Below are positions 40,217 through 54,855 of a DNA stretch of 64,000 nucleotides, in pieces. The notes beneath the pieces were generated by a model. It saw only the letters and a program-made list of their open reading frames with translations, searched no databases and was not told where the DNA came from. The stretch's first letter is position 1. The number at the start of each line of letters is the position of its first letter. The translations under genes were made by a program, and so were the position numbers. Origin of the DNA: Auanema rhodensis (lineage: Eukaryota > Animalia > Nematoda); assembly GCA_964057225.1 (NCBI GenBank), contig OZ059895.1, positions 5,456,001-5,520,000 on the forward strand. Reading direction: 5' to 3'.

Positions 40217-41382
40217 ATGAACCGTGTGGGCGTATTTGGGCAAATTTCTGAGATTAACGATCATCTGTTCCTTTCTGGAGCTGGAGTTCTTAAACCTGAT
40301 AAGATTCGAATGAAGAAAATCACATTTGTTGTTAATGCTACTACAGAAGAGCCAAATGCTTATATCCAAGGTAAGTAATACTATTCCATTTAAGTACATA
40401 ACATGCAAATCAATAGCTTTTTCGGAAATTAAATAAAAAATTAATTTCCTGAACTTTCTAAAGTCTCATGATAACATACATTTAGGAGTTGATTACTTGA
40501 AAATTCGTATTGATGATCATCCAGCTGCTCGTTTGAGTGAATATTTTGATCAAGTTGCTGATAAAATCAAATGTGTGAAGGTTTGACTATCATGTTCAAG
40601 CTCTTTAAAGCATTAATTCATAGGAGCGGGGAGGCAAGACCTTGGTTCATTGTATGGCTGGTGTCTCAAGATCAGCTTCGTTGGTAATGGTCTACTTGGT
40701 GAAATACGAAAAGATGTCTTTGAGACAAGCCTACCATTATGTTAAATCTGCGAGGTCTGTAATTCGACCAAACATCGGATTCTGGAAGCAAATGGTTGAC
40801 TACGAGAAGAAAATTCGAGGTAAGAAGATTTTCTGAAAGATTCCAGCTTATCTTCGTGAAACATACACATTATTTTATACTATATTTCTTTGTTTAGGAA
40901 CAACATCCGTATCAATGGTTCAAACACCTCAATGTGATTTACCCATTCCGGATTTGTATTGTGAAGATTTGAAACGTCTGTGCTTAACTTCAACTCCAAG
41001 CTTGTTACGTGGGCCACCAACAAGCTACAGCTCACATCGTTCATATGTTCCACAATCCAATATTAGCTTAGCATCATCTAAACGACGTGGATATTCGGCC
41101 AGGTACAGTAATCTGAATTTCTTTCCTACCTTTTTCTCATTTTTTTTTTCATTTGCAAATTCATTTCACATACAATATATCTTATATTACAGCAGCTTAC
41201 GTCCGTCAATGTCAGCATCACCATCTTTGTCATCTGGACGTCGTTCAACTTCGCCAGCAGCTTCAACATTAGCAATGACGTCATATTCATTGTTCAGCCC
41301 AGCACCTTCACGCAAATCTCGCGACAGTCTATTCAGCATCTATACTAGTAATCCTCGTCATACGTTCTTTTCAGCCTTCTGA
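40217..41382 (+). CDS. Atypical dual-specificity phosphatase (DUSP14/18/21-like), 5 exons, Ser/Arg-rich tail
   Basis: ISEINDHLFLSG, IDDHP acid loop, LVHCMAGVSRSAS catalytic loop, R..IRPNIGFWKQM; no rhodanese domain. Confidence 0.92.
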
Positions 41383-42792
41383 AGGTGATCAAATATCTTT
41401 TACCATATACAACAAGACAGTATTAAGAATAACATCACTTCATATTTTTTTATTTTTCTTATATAGTTTAGTTTTGCCCCGGTTTTTACATCGAAATCAA
41501 TATTTTATCAGACATCATCGAAATAATTCTTTCTGAATACATCAACTTCTAGCCTTCTGTATAGAACTTTCGGCTCTGCTGCAGTTGTTGCCACCCATCT
41601 AAGAGAAATAACATTTATCTCGCAATGGGTTACTGGCTCAACAGCAGAAAAACCCAGCTTGGCTTCTAGCCTGACTTGCTCTCCTATCGTTTGGTTTTTT
41701 CATTTATTTACTTTCGTGGAAATTCAGACACATATAGCATATGGCAATGATTGTGAGTATCTCTTCTTCACTCTCTTATCGGGTTAGACAACGAAAATAA
41801 CGGACCGGAATTCGTGTATCTCTTACATCACTCCTTATTCATCCAAAATTCCGAACTTTTCGATAATGTTTGACATTCAAACCGCAAGACTTTAATTTTT
41901 TCTTTTTCTTCATCTAACAAAAATATATTAAGCTTTTACAAAATATTTCTGATTTTGATTGAAATTTCCAAAAAAAAGTTTTTTTTTTAATCTTTTCATA
42001 AAAAAACTAAAAATGTTTACAAAAAACCAAAAACATATAATGGATTCTGTCCGCTTAACTTCCAAAGTCAGTCGGATTTTAGACTTTTTTTCTAAACTTA
42101 AAGCTCAAAAAAAGTTTTTCCTTTTTATTACATTTTTTCTCTCAAAAAGTATAAATCGTGTACATAAAAATGATATTTTATAGTTTATAATATGTAAAAT
42201 CAAGCTTTTATTATGTATGTTTCAATTTTTTCAAATACAAGCATTGAATTTGCTTTTTTTTGTTTAATTTGATGTTCACAACATGCTATAATCTTCATAA
42301 CTATGTATATAATTAATTTTGCTTAAGTTTAATGTGAGATAAAGCATTAGATCAATTAGTATTTCTCAAATTTGTAATTTCTATTACGGAATGTAAAACT
42401 TTATAGTTAAAGGATTATATATATATATGTATACATATAGTGAAATTTGTACAAAAAAAAAGGAATTTTCTCAATAAATAACCAAAGAAATGAAAAAAGG
42501 CAAATAAAAACAAAAATATCACCCACATATCTTTGGCTGACAAGAAAAAATATTATGTAAACTGTATGAAGTTTACTATAATGTAGTTAAGTATAAAATA
42601 CATTTATAAATATATACAGAAAAATGTTATTTTTTCTTCATTTTCTTCATAAAAAATATATTTTTGAACCCGAAAAATATTGGCAAAGCGACTATCATGA
42701 CGCAGATTACATATCATAGTATATACAAGCTTCTTACAAAGAAGAGAATTGTGGGACAAATAAAAAGAAAAGAAAAAGAAGAGAAATCATAT

Positions 42793-45700
42793 TCATTTAG
42801 ATTTACGTTCCTTAGTTGAATCAGCTCGTTCAACTAATATATCTCTCCATTCATTCTATAACATTATAAATATATGTAAATAATATACTAATTATGAAAC
42901 ATACCAGATCAGCATCTGATGGAACACGAGATAAGAAGTCTAATAACTCATTATTATCCATGTAATGTGGATTTATCAACTTTTTTGAAAACTTATTAAT
43001 ACCTAAATACAATAATATAATTAAAAAACTATAATTATAAATATACTAACCCCATATCATAACCAGTGTACGAATTGGAATAAGATATAGTAATATAGTT
43101 ATTAAGCTTAAAACAATTACAGCTAACCATGAAAGCCATGTATTTGTAAAATTGAATGTACTATAATAAAAATTATTAAAAACAAGAAATAGATTAGAAA
43201 ACAAACTTTTTAATCCTTTGAAGTAATGTAGAGATGAAAACAAGTAGATTTTGGACAACTGTTAGGGTTTCTTGTACAGATGATAATGTATCACGTAATG
43301 AGGTTGTTGTCTAAAATATAAAATAAATATACATATAGTTAATATAATAAAGATATTACCTTAGCATCATCCGTTGTATCTTCAACTTTGGTCAATGAAA
43401 GTGATCGTGGTATATGATTGGATACATTACGATATAGAAGACATCGAGCAAATAACAATAGAAGTATAATAGGTAAATGATATAATTGAACATAATATGC
43501 GATTAACATAAACAACTGAAACATACATTATTGAATAAGATGAATAGTTAAGCTTGAAATTTACCACAAAGGCTATGACAGAGCGAGGTGTTGATTCCCA
43601 ATCAAAGCAACTATGAACATAGTTATTCATTTCGATAACACCCATAGCAAATTCTTTGATTTCCATTACAGTATTTCGGAAAATACTAGCCTAAAACATT
43701 CAAATATTCTTCTCAACATGATTAACTTCAAAGTAAAACCTTAAACTTGGGTTCCTGTTCAATATACTTCTTTTCACGAGGATTAAACGTACGAACTGCT
43801 GCTCGAATCTTAATATCATGTTGTATAGTTATAGTTAATTATATATAATTAATTATAGTTACTTATATTAAATACTAACCGGATTCCAAATAACATCTAA
43901 TTCCAAAAGAACTTCTCCTTTAACACGATTTTGCAATTTTTTGTCTTTTAGTGCGAACCATCGACGTTCACAATTACGAATCTTAAATATGTATATTATG
44001 CTATTTTATATGATATATTATATATAATCATACCGACATAAGTGGTATGGATATTTTGCCAAGAAATTCAAATTTATTATTTGGATCCTCATCATAGATA
44101 GTTACTTCCAAGCATGTATGAATATCCTTCACATTGCTATAAATTATAAATTAATTATATATTTATAGTTAAGCTTTACAATGTGAACAGCTTATTCCAT
44201 TGTGGATGTAGTGTCTTGTACTCAGTATGGGTTTGTAATCGAGCATTGACCAGTTCCAACACAGCAAAAGGATCACTTTTACCTCCAAGATCTTTTGATT
44301 GCAGATTTTCTGCTCGAAATACTGTAATGATATGATGAACAGTGAGTGATACATACGTTACATACGTGAACTTTCACGTATATGTTACGTGAAAGTTCAC
44401 GTATGAGAGAAAGACATCTTGCTCTGCTATAGGTTATAATTGAAAAAGAATATATATTTTTTAAATAAAAAAAAATAACATAAATCAATATTATAATATA
44501 CCTTTTACAGTTAATGTACCAATATCCTTCATATTTGAAACAGTTGAACTTAAATGCTGAAATGAAATTGTAAAATATGATGAATTACGCTTAATGAATA
44601 CACATACATATCTTCCTATAACAGCATTTCTTACATCATTTTGACTGAATTCAGTTAAATCCACGACAGAATCATTTGATTGACTTCCGGATACAGTTAT
44701 TAATAGTAAAATACTTCCAGCCATTTCATCCAAATCATACCATTTTTGGACAGTTTGATCACGTGGAAGTTCCGAAAGATCTACACAAGTTCTATAAGAA
44801 ATTTAATGAATAGATATGAATATAATAAAAATTTCATTTACTAACTTTCCAAGTATTGTATTTGTTTTCTTATCATGACACATAACTTCTAGTTTATCGC
44901 TACCATGCTCATAGATATGTAAGTCAAATTGCTCAATCCACTTTGGCTCACATGTTCTCGTACATGTCTGAATATAAAAAAGCTTATAACAAGAGTTAAA
45001 GCATAATCAACATACTTTACTTTTGTATTTTTCACATCCCAACTTGAATTTACAGCATGGATCAGGTGGTTGTGTCATATTATAATTAACTGCTAGACCT
45101 TTACCTTCAACCAAAACTATGTTGACTATAGATGACCACATTTGAACCACTATATATAGTAAATAATTAAATATTATTATATAAGATATTAGTGAATCAT
45201 ACATTTTTCCCGTTTCTTTTGTGTTTCAGTGAGTATACCCCTATTTGATTTTTGTAAAAACTGAAAATAAATTAATAATTGAAGATTATTTTATTATTAT
45301 TATTATTTTAAACTTTATCAACTATAATAAGCTTTAAAGTTTAATTCCTATTAATAATAAACATACGTTATCACGTTCTTGAGCAGTTAACGGTGTTATA
45401 GTTAACGATAAAGTAACTATTCCTAGATCTTCAGATGCATTATTTTCATCTTCAAGAATTACAGTACTTTCAAATGGTCTAATAATAATTTTAATATTTA
45501 AATTTAAATATTAATATATACATACGTGAACCATTTAACTCGTGATATATCAATAGATGCTCCACCCATAAAGTCATCTGTACAGAAACGATCATAGTCA
45601 TAAACCTGAAATGAAAAAAATTGTTAAACAGATATACTATTATTAGATTTATCTATATGTATAGTTAAGATTAATTTATATTCATATATGTATAATTACA

Positions 45701-48700
45701 TATAATTAATATATAAATACCTCTATATTGATTGGAGTTGTCATATCCTCAACAAGCATTTGAAATTCTTCTTCCCAAACAGGATTTAAACATTTAAAAA
45801 CTGTTAAACTCTTATATACAATTTTATCTTTGTAACGAAATTTCACATATGGATCAGAACTTCCTATAATAATATATAATTAAGTAATTATTATTAATTA
45901 TAAATAATAATTAAAAAGAAAAATTAAACTAAGCATACCTGAAGCATCACGAACAGCCAATCCATTTCCTTCTTTTAATCGAATTTTTAATAATAATGTC
46001 ACATAATTAACATCTGTGCTAGTATTAACATCCAATACTGCCTATAAAACAATTATTTTTATTTTTTCAATAAATATGAAAAAAAATTTTTAATTTTTTA
46101 ATTAAATTTAATAAATAATAATTATAATAAAGCATGCATATAAGTAAGAAGCTTCTTCTTATGTTATACAATCTAATTCTTACCAAATCAGCTTCCTTTT
46201 CAAATGAAATACGTTTGATAAGTGTACGTAAACGGTCAGTCATATTAATAAAATTTAAAAACAAAGAAATATATGTTTTTGGAAAGAAACAAATGGATAT
46301 TGTGAGGAAACAAAAAACAAAAAAACCCAAAATCAATGACTGGCTTCACTTCAGTAGCTATCCAATGAAATCAAGCTCTTCTCTCTTTTCTTGGCTTAGC
46401 TTAGAAGTGAATTAGAGTTCCAAAAATCCTTCCTATTTGTTGTTTTTTTTTTGGGAAAAAATTGCTTTTGATTGAAAAAAGGAAAGAAATTTTTTTGGGT
46501 CTATTATTAAGTCGAGAACAAGTTAGGACGAATAGATAATACTGATCAATTTGAATATGATATTTCCATATTTAGTAGATAGGTAGATAGATACCGTGAT
46601 AGAGAGGGAAATAGAGAGAGAGAGAAAAAGAGAGGGAGAGATAGCTCGTGACCAAATGAGACAAACAGGTTAGTCAGATTAGGAAAAAATGAAAAAAAAA
46701 ATTCAAAGTCGGTTGCTTAAGCGGAAGGAATGATGAAGATGTAAAGCTGAATGTAAACGTATGTTTATCATATTTAAAGTGAAATTATTTTATAAAAAAA
46801 AATAAAATTACTACCTCATTTGCATTTTCATTAGATGGAACAAGGCAAGATGAAGATGATCTATCGTCGTCAAAAAAAGGCAAAAATCGGACTTTCAATC
46901 GTTTCAGTGGCATATTCAGATCATATTTCATTATGATTCATTAAGCTTGAGCTCCAACGTGATTCAACTTATGCTTATGTCAAAAAGATAATGCTTCGAA
47001 AAAAAAAACGATTTTCAAACGCAAAACATACGAATGACTAAACGGATAGTGTTGGTATATTGAAAAAATAATATAGAACCTTACAGAGAAAGAGAAAGAG
47101 AGAGAGAGAGAGAGAGGGGGGGAGTGAGAAAAAAAGGAATAAAGAGAGAGCTTTTGCTATGAAAATCATTGATCAGATCATTGAAACCCATATAAATATC
47201 CTATTTTTGGTTTATATAATCATACAAATGTAAATCTTTATGAAAAAAAAACATAAAGACGAGAGAGAAAGAGCAAGAGAAAAGCTAAAAAGCTTCATAA
47301 AGGATCATCAATCGTTGCAAACTATGTATAACTATACATATACATATTCATATAATAATAATAAATCAATAAATCAATAGATATTATTTAAAAATAAAAA
47401 TAGATCTTACCTTAGGAGTGATTGCATCTTCTTTTGTTAGAAATCCATCTTCCTTGATGTCATAACTCTCAAAAGATCGTAGAGCTTTCGGTTTTCTATA
47501 ATAAAATCTCATGAAATATCAATAATTTATAAAGCATTTATGTGAAAATATTTGAAAAAATATTCAAATTCATCAAAAAAAAATCGAACCTAATTGGAGT
47601 GATTGTAGCAAAAAGCTTCCATAAACGATGACGTCGCGTATGAGGCGACATTTGAACTGAAAAAATAATAATTTTATTACAAACATAGTTGAAAAACGGA
47701 AGAAATTGAAAATATAAAATAATATTTGAGATGAACTGAATATTTTACTTATAGATTTTTGAAACTAAAATGCTAATTAGATAGAATATACATATAATAT
47801 ATATTTATATATTTCAGTTTTCAATGCTAAGTTTCAACAAACGTTTATATGAATAGAAGAATAAGAAAAATTGTTTTTCTTAGAATTTTACATTGGTACC
47901 ATTTGTTGCGATGCGAAATTTTAAAATAATATAATTAGTATAATTTAAGTGGGCTGACTAGGAAAAAGTTTTTTTCTTTGCAAAAAAAAATTTAATTGTT
48001 TTGGCTCGTAAAATATGCGGAAAGTCTCTTATGAAGTCTCAAAAATTAGTATTCGGCTTATTTAGATCATGGTGCCATGTAAGAAAAGAGAAGAAGTTGC
48101 TAATCGGGGATGAGAAGATGGGTAGAGAGAGTGGAGCGAAATAGGAAAGAAAATCAGGAATACAGGATATGTACACAGCTGCAGCAAGCTAGAAGACATG
48201 CTCAAGCCTTCAGGCAATAATTAAACTCGATAACTGGCAGAGAAAATAGAAAAAAACTGAAAATGAGCTGAGAAAAGAAGACATCGTGAATGTTGTGCAC
48301 GTTGTAGACGACGACGACGACGACGACGACAACGACGTCGACGACAATGACAATGACATGAGCACAGAATAAGAGCAGTCAGTAAAAGCTGAAAAAAAGG
48401 CAAAATTTTTACAATGAATTGCATGAATGAGAATAAGCCGAAAAAACGTTTTCCTTCTCAATCGGTTTGCCTTTTTTTCCCGCCAATTCGACTGATTGCT
48501 TTTAGTTGTCGATGAGCATTTTGCTTTTCCATTTTGGACAACAAACTATTTCAATTCCATTTAAAACATACAGAAAGACAGACAACTTGAAACAGATCTA
48601 TGTTGTCATTAAATAACACAGAAACACACAAAAAAAACAAACAAACATACAATATGTAAATATGTAAACAAAAATAGAAACAAAAAACAATAAGACAGGT

Positions 48701-49409
48701 ACAATTTCAACAAATGAGGGGGAGGGTGGAGGGGGAACAATGAATAGCTAGAAAATCTTAATCTACTTGTCATCTATCGTCTTTGAATGGTCAAAATGAA
48801 AATAGTTATAGTAAGAATATATAAATTAAATAAAAAAATAAATATATTATAATCAATTATTTATATTATATAATAAAAATAATTATTATAGTCAATGCAT
48901 CCGCTCAGCTAATTACATGTGTGCAGGCAAAAATGATCGAAAATAGATTTAAAGGCAAATCACGCATGATGATAATTGTCTAATTCAGTACACGTGAAGA
49001 GTTACTGATTAGCATATTAAACAAGAATTATGATTTTCAATCAAAGAATGAAGACATATGTACTAACTATATACATATAGTTAGTATAATAACTATATGA
49101 ATATATATATAATATAATTTATATGAAATAAACATAAATAAATATAAAAATATTCATTTTATTTAAAAATAAAATAAAAAATTGAAATTTTGAATGAAAA
49201 ATGAATTTAAAAAGAACGAAATGATCAGAATTTATAGAAAAATTAGTAAATTTATTATCTGATCAACATATAATTTAAATCACAAACACATAGTTACATA
49301 AACATTCTATTGATTTTCTAATCAATTAATGTAGTTATTGAAAAATTAATGGATAAATAGAAGTCTAAAGAAACAAAAAGATTGTATAAAGAAAGAAATC
49401 ACAAGGGAG

Positions 49410-49478
<69 letters not shown>

Positions 49479-50625
49479 TGAGAGAGAAAGGATGAGAGAG
49501 AGAGAGAAAGAGGAAGGACCAACAAATGGTTAAGTAATGGATGAATAAAGATTAAGATAAGCAACATGATGTACGGTAGTAAATAGGTAAAATATGAAAT
49601 ACTTAACAAGGCTAGAATCAATCATAATATGTTTTTATATATAAATAATAAAATATTGATTAATTATTTTGAATCTTCTGATAAGATTTGAAAAGAAAAA
49701 AAAGGTTTTTGTGTGTAGTGTGAAAGTATTTTTAAAGGTTTATCAAGCATGATCTACGACCAGTCAAACCATGTATGTTAAAAAGTTTTGCCTACTGGTA
49801 GCTAGATTTTGGTCATAATGAAAAGATAATAATAATAATTATTACTAATTCCTATCATCTTTATAATTATTATTCAAATATTTAAAAAAATATAATTAAC
49901 TAACCTATTTGCTGTATTTGATCTACACTTTGAGCTAATTCATATGACGAATCGTTTGATGGACCAGCACAACCAAGTCTTTCTTAAATAAAAAATATTA
50001 TTTATGTATGTTTCAATGAAATATAATAATATTGTGATTATTATATCTTTATTCATATATTAAGAAGTAGTAAGCAATACATTGTATGATAGCTTTTCTT
50101 TAGTTTAATGGATGGATTATCTTTTATTCAAATAAACAGAACGTTTTTTTTAAAAAAAAAGAAATACAAAGAGACACATGATATTATAAAGATTATTGTT
50201 AATTTAAAACTTAATTGAGTATTTTAAAAGCTTCAGTTTATGAATATTGATGAAGGAACAAAGAACATACAGCGAAAAGCAAGAATGCACTGAAATGGTA
50301 TTCTAGTTGAGTGATGAACAAATGTCTAATAATTATTGTCTTGGTGGACTCTTGTTTCGAAACGATGAAAAAAATGGGAAAAAAACATGTGTACAACGCT
50401 TTCTGAAGATATAGTGAAGATGAAAATGATGATATTTGAAGGAAATAAATGAATTTCCATTTATAGTCATTTCTTCTCTTATTTCACTTCAAGCCAAACC
50501 ACCTCAATCATTTTCTTTTTTTAGGTTTCCTTTCATTCTTTTTTTTTTTATTTTAATTTTATATTTCATGAAAATTATGGGTTATCATAAGGTAAATGGG
50601 CTATTCTTTCTTACTACTTTCTCCC

Positions 50626-50702
<77 letters not shown>

Positions 50703-51943
50703 CTCTCTAACACCTACGCTTTTTACTTTCTCGTTGTATCTCTCTATAACTATTACTTTATCTAATTTCCTATTTTCTTTAACGTAAAAGGGAAATAAAA
50801 TTTGAATTTTCTTTGGTTACAAATACAAAAAAAAAAGAAAATATACAAGCATATATCTAAATGCTTCAATAGACTCTATATACGTTATTTGTTTTGAGAA
50901 AAGTCATGATGAAATGTTGGAAAAGGATGATTGTTTGATAAAAATAATATCAAATATAAAATCAATTCAATTGTCGTATTTCATATTACTATATAAAGAA
51001 GTTAATCCAAAATTAACAATATTCTTATTTTAAAATTCCATTAATAGTTTATATCATTTCTGTTGTTCGTCAATGATTTATTGGGATGATCAGTCAAATG
51101 TTTTTGAAAAAAAAACAACAAAAGCTGGGTTATGCATTACATTCCTTGAGATGAAATTCAAAATTAACTAGTATATTTCATGAAAAACAGACAAAAAAAC
51201 TTTTTTTTGTGGAAGAAGAACCAGAATAAGCAAATAATTTGATGTTTTCTAAAAAGAATTTTAAAGAAAGAATTTAAATGCAAATTATACAACAATAATA
51301 GTAATAGTTATAGTCATAGTATATGGTTTAACATTGAATATTTTTGTAAAAGAAGAAATAAATTGAAAGAAACAAGTAGTATCTAATCCAAAATATAAAA
51401 TATACAACTAAAAACATATTATTTGAAACATTGTGAAAGGTTATCGTTGTATCTCGATTGAAAAGAATTGGTGAAATTTGAGTATTTTAAAGGACAAATT
51501 AGGTATGCATTCGCTAAAACTATGACTCAACGTTGCTGCAAAACCTGCTTTAAGCCTTGTATGAAGCTGAGTAATTAAGAGAAAACAGATTGAAAAGTGA
51601 AATAAGATTATAGTAAAAAGGAAAAGAATATAATCTATATGAGTCATTTTATAATAAAATTTATAGTGAAGATGCTGATTATATCTTATACCTATCCTTG
51701 AAAATAGAAATTATAGAGGCTAAATAATTAAAAAAAAAAGAATTTCAAATAGAGAAAGGGAAGAATATAAAGAATATAAGAATAACTTTCAAATTTCAAA
51801 AAATATTAGTAAATCTAATACTAACTTAGCTTCTTTCCCATTGCTGGACTACAACCAGCACTAGCTGTTGTTCGTGCAACATGCTTCTGTTTAGGCTTGA
51901 AGGTCTCATCTTCTAAGTTCCAAGATAGCTGGCTGGTTGACAT
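42793..51943 (-). CDS. mctp-1: Multiple C2 and transmembrane domain protein (MCTP), longest isoform; 3 C2 domains plus TM/PRT_C region
   Basis: [102 protein letters not shown] and [14 protein letters not shown]. The 5' exons 51826-51943, 49905-49982, 47590-47656 and 47411-47495 splice in phase to the common exon starting at ~46042. Confidence 0.92.
44361..44405. repeat. Perfect 20-bp inverted repeat with 5-nt loop; arms internally palindromic
   Basis: CATACGTGAACTTTCACGTA-TATGT-TACGTGAAAGTTCACGTATG. Confidence 0.95.
46184..46243 (-). CDS. mctp-1: mctp-1 alternative first coding exon ([20 protein letters not shown])
   Basis: ATG, 20 codons, phase-0 GTAAGA donor matching the common exon. Confidence 0.65.
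46815..46913 (-). CDS. mctp-1: mctp-1 alternative first coding exon ([33 protein letters not shown])
   Basis: ATG, 33 codons, phase-0 GAG|GTAGT donor matching the common exon. Confidence 0.6.
48307..48358. repeat. (GAC)n trinucleotide repeat, degenerate
   Basis: About 8 perfect GAC units followed by variants. Confidence 0.85.
49410..49510. repeat. (GA)n microsatellite
   Basis: Seen directly. Confidence 0.95.
50625..50708. repeat. (CT)n microsatellite
   Basis: Seen directly. Confidence 0.95.
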
Positions 51944-53777
51944 GATGTTACCCGTAGCGAGCTGAAAAAGAAATAATAAGAAGTTTGATAAAGAAAACAA
52001 TAAAGAGTAACAAGCATCATAAGCAGATGATGAAACAGATAATCTGATATTTGTTTTTATTAAAAATTCTCAAATATTCACTTGTTTGATTGATTAGCAT
52101 AATAATAATAATAATAATAATTTATAAAATTATACATGAAAGTTTACGTATAAAATATAAAAATTAAATAAATGTTTCTGTATAAATAAATAAAATAAAA
52201 TAAATTATTTTCAAATAATGAATAAATTTAAAAAATTTGAAATAATGTATATAAATCCAAGAAAAGCATACAAAAATAAAATAAAGTTGATATAATCAAA
52301 GAAAAAAGCTAAAATTTTTTAGAAATAAAGTAAAGAAAAATTATATAAAACTTAATTATAATTTAAATATTTAATAAATAATATTATTATAACTATATAT
52401 AGTATATACTACTCTCTTTTTCTATATATATATATACATATAAGTATGTATATATTTAGTATAAATAAGACTTTTTTTTTGTGAAAGAAAATAAAGAAAT
52501 GAAATAAATAAAAAAGTAAATTCTATATGTGTATGGTAGCAATTAAATGAACATTGTTGTATATATTTTTTCTCAAAAATTGTTTATTTCTTGACGGAGT
52601 GAAAAAGAAAAAAGAAAAAAATTGTTCAAAGTTGAATAATAGAAAAATGGAAAGTTGACAGGACGGCCGTTTTGGTGGTGGCGATGGTGCTCGAATGCGT
52701 TTGCCATCTATTGCTTCGGTCGACGACCCAACCTCATCGTCGTCTCGTCCTGGTCTGACCAGAGCAAAAAAGAAGGAAAAAAAGGAAAGAAATTCAAATG
52801 ACAGATAGCTTTAACCTCTTGGGACAGAAAGCAAAAACTTTCGTACTAACTTGATCTCTCTTGTTTAAAGAAAAATGGGTGAAACGAAAAAAAAATTGTT
52901 GTGACTATTGAATTTGGCTAGTAAGAAGTTTGTTATATACATATATTTATATGATATATGTAGTATTAAGAAATAAATAAAGATATTTATAATAAAAATA
53001 TAAAAATATATTAAATAATATTAAATAAATATATAAATAAAATAATTGATTAATGAAAACTCAATAAATATTAAAAAATTTCTTCTTTTCCTTTTTTTTT
53101 TTCGTGCGAAAAGAAGAATAAATGGAAATAGGAGACGAAGTAGAAAAAAAGGAAAAAGAAAAGATATAAATGTGCTTGTTGTTTACTAACAAGTTTGTTC
53201 TTCTTGGTATATACGTTGTGTTACTCTGCCATGAGACATGTATGTATGTGCCATAGGGACCAGGAGATATGATGCAACTATTTTCAAGAAACTTATTCAG
53301 CTTTATCTTCTTCCTCTTTGATATTTGTTACTAAATCTCATGTTGATGATGTTACTACTATTTATCTTTGATGATAATGATCTTCTTCTTCTTCTAGTTC
53401 ATGTTTTTCCTATTTATTATTTTCTGTTTTATAAATTTATATTTCAAACTAAGAATAATGGATTTTTCAATTTTTATTTTGAGAATAAGAGAGTGTTATT
53501 GATAGTAAAAAAAAAAGATTTTTATTGTTTTATGACTATTATTCAAGTTCAATCGAGACATAATCCTTTGAATATTCTCAAAAATATATTTTAAATTTTT
53601 TTCCTCATTTGCTGTCTTTGGAATTGATTATAAAGTTAGAATATTGGTTTCAAAGCTGCTCTATTTGCTCTTTTATAGTTGGATAATGAAATTTTCTCCT
53701 TGATGACCTTACTCTTCAAGAAAGTTGATGTTTTGTTAAGCAGAAATATAGAAGAAGCATCCAAGTATCGATAGATG

Positions 53778-53881
<104 letters not shown>

Positions 53882-54338
53882 GTGAGAGGGTTGATGATGA
53901 GATAGGATGGATAAAGAGTGGATATATACAAAAAAAATAAAAAGAAGCTCCTAATCATCGTAATTACATGCATATTGAAAAACTTTTTCGACCATATTTC
54001 ATAAAAAAAGATATAAAAATGAGTAAAAGAGAATATGGGGGATCATAAAAGTTGAGAAAAAGAGAAAAGATAATGATGAGCAGCTTGACAATTGGTGAGC
54101 AAATTTTGCTACTTGTATGTAGCGTATAGTAGAGCGAATTACATCTAAAGAGACAATAGATAGGACAGAGAATCTATAAAGCCTATAAGCCTTCAGAAGG
54201 CCTAGGAATAGTGTATTATGGCGTCAACATGTTATCTGTGATTTGAGGAAATGTTAAATGTTCTGAAAACATTAGAAAATTGAATAAGAAGAGTATAACG
54301 CCCAAACTGAACAGTTAAAAGAATGAGCCAATTGTCTG

Positions 54339-54382
<44 letters not shown>

Positions 54383-54808
54383 AGAGTATGAAGGAGAGTA
54401 TGAAAGGTGAGAGAAAAGAGTAAAGAGAATTGTGAGAAGAGGTGTGAAGAAGGAAGGGGGGGGGGGTGAATTGAAATTCAGAAAAAAAGGAAAGGAAAGG
54501 GACAATATGAGTATGTATGAGATGAGAAAAAATGAATGAGAAAGAAACAAACAGAAAAATCTTTTATTTCATATTAATTTATTAAATTTTTAATAATAAA
54601 AAAATATTTTTTTAAAAGCAGATGAAATTAGGAATCGAATGAAATAATAGATTGTTTGAATAGTAAATTATTTTATGAAAAAAGATATTCTAACAAGAAG
54701 TATGTTAGTAGATTATATAAGATAAAGATATAAAATAATTATAATATAGTTAATATAGTATATAGGTTTTGTAAAAATAAAAAGTACTGAAATGGTAGAA
54801 GCTAAACA

Positions 54809-54855
<47 letters not shown>

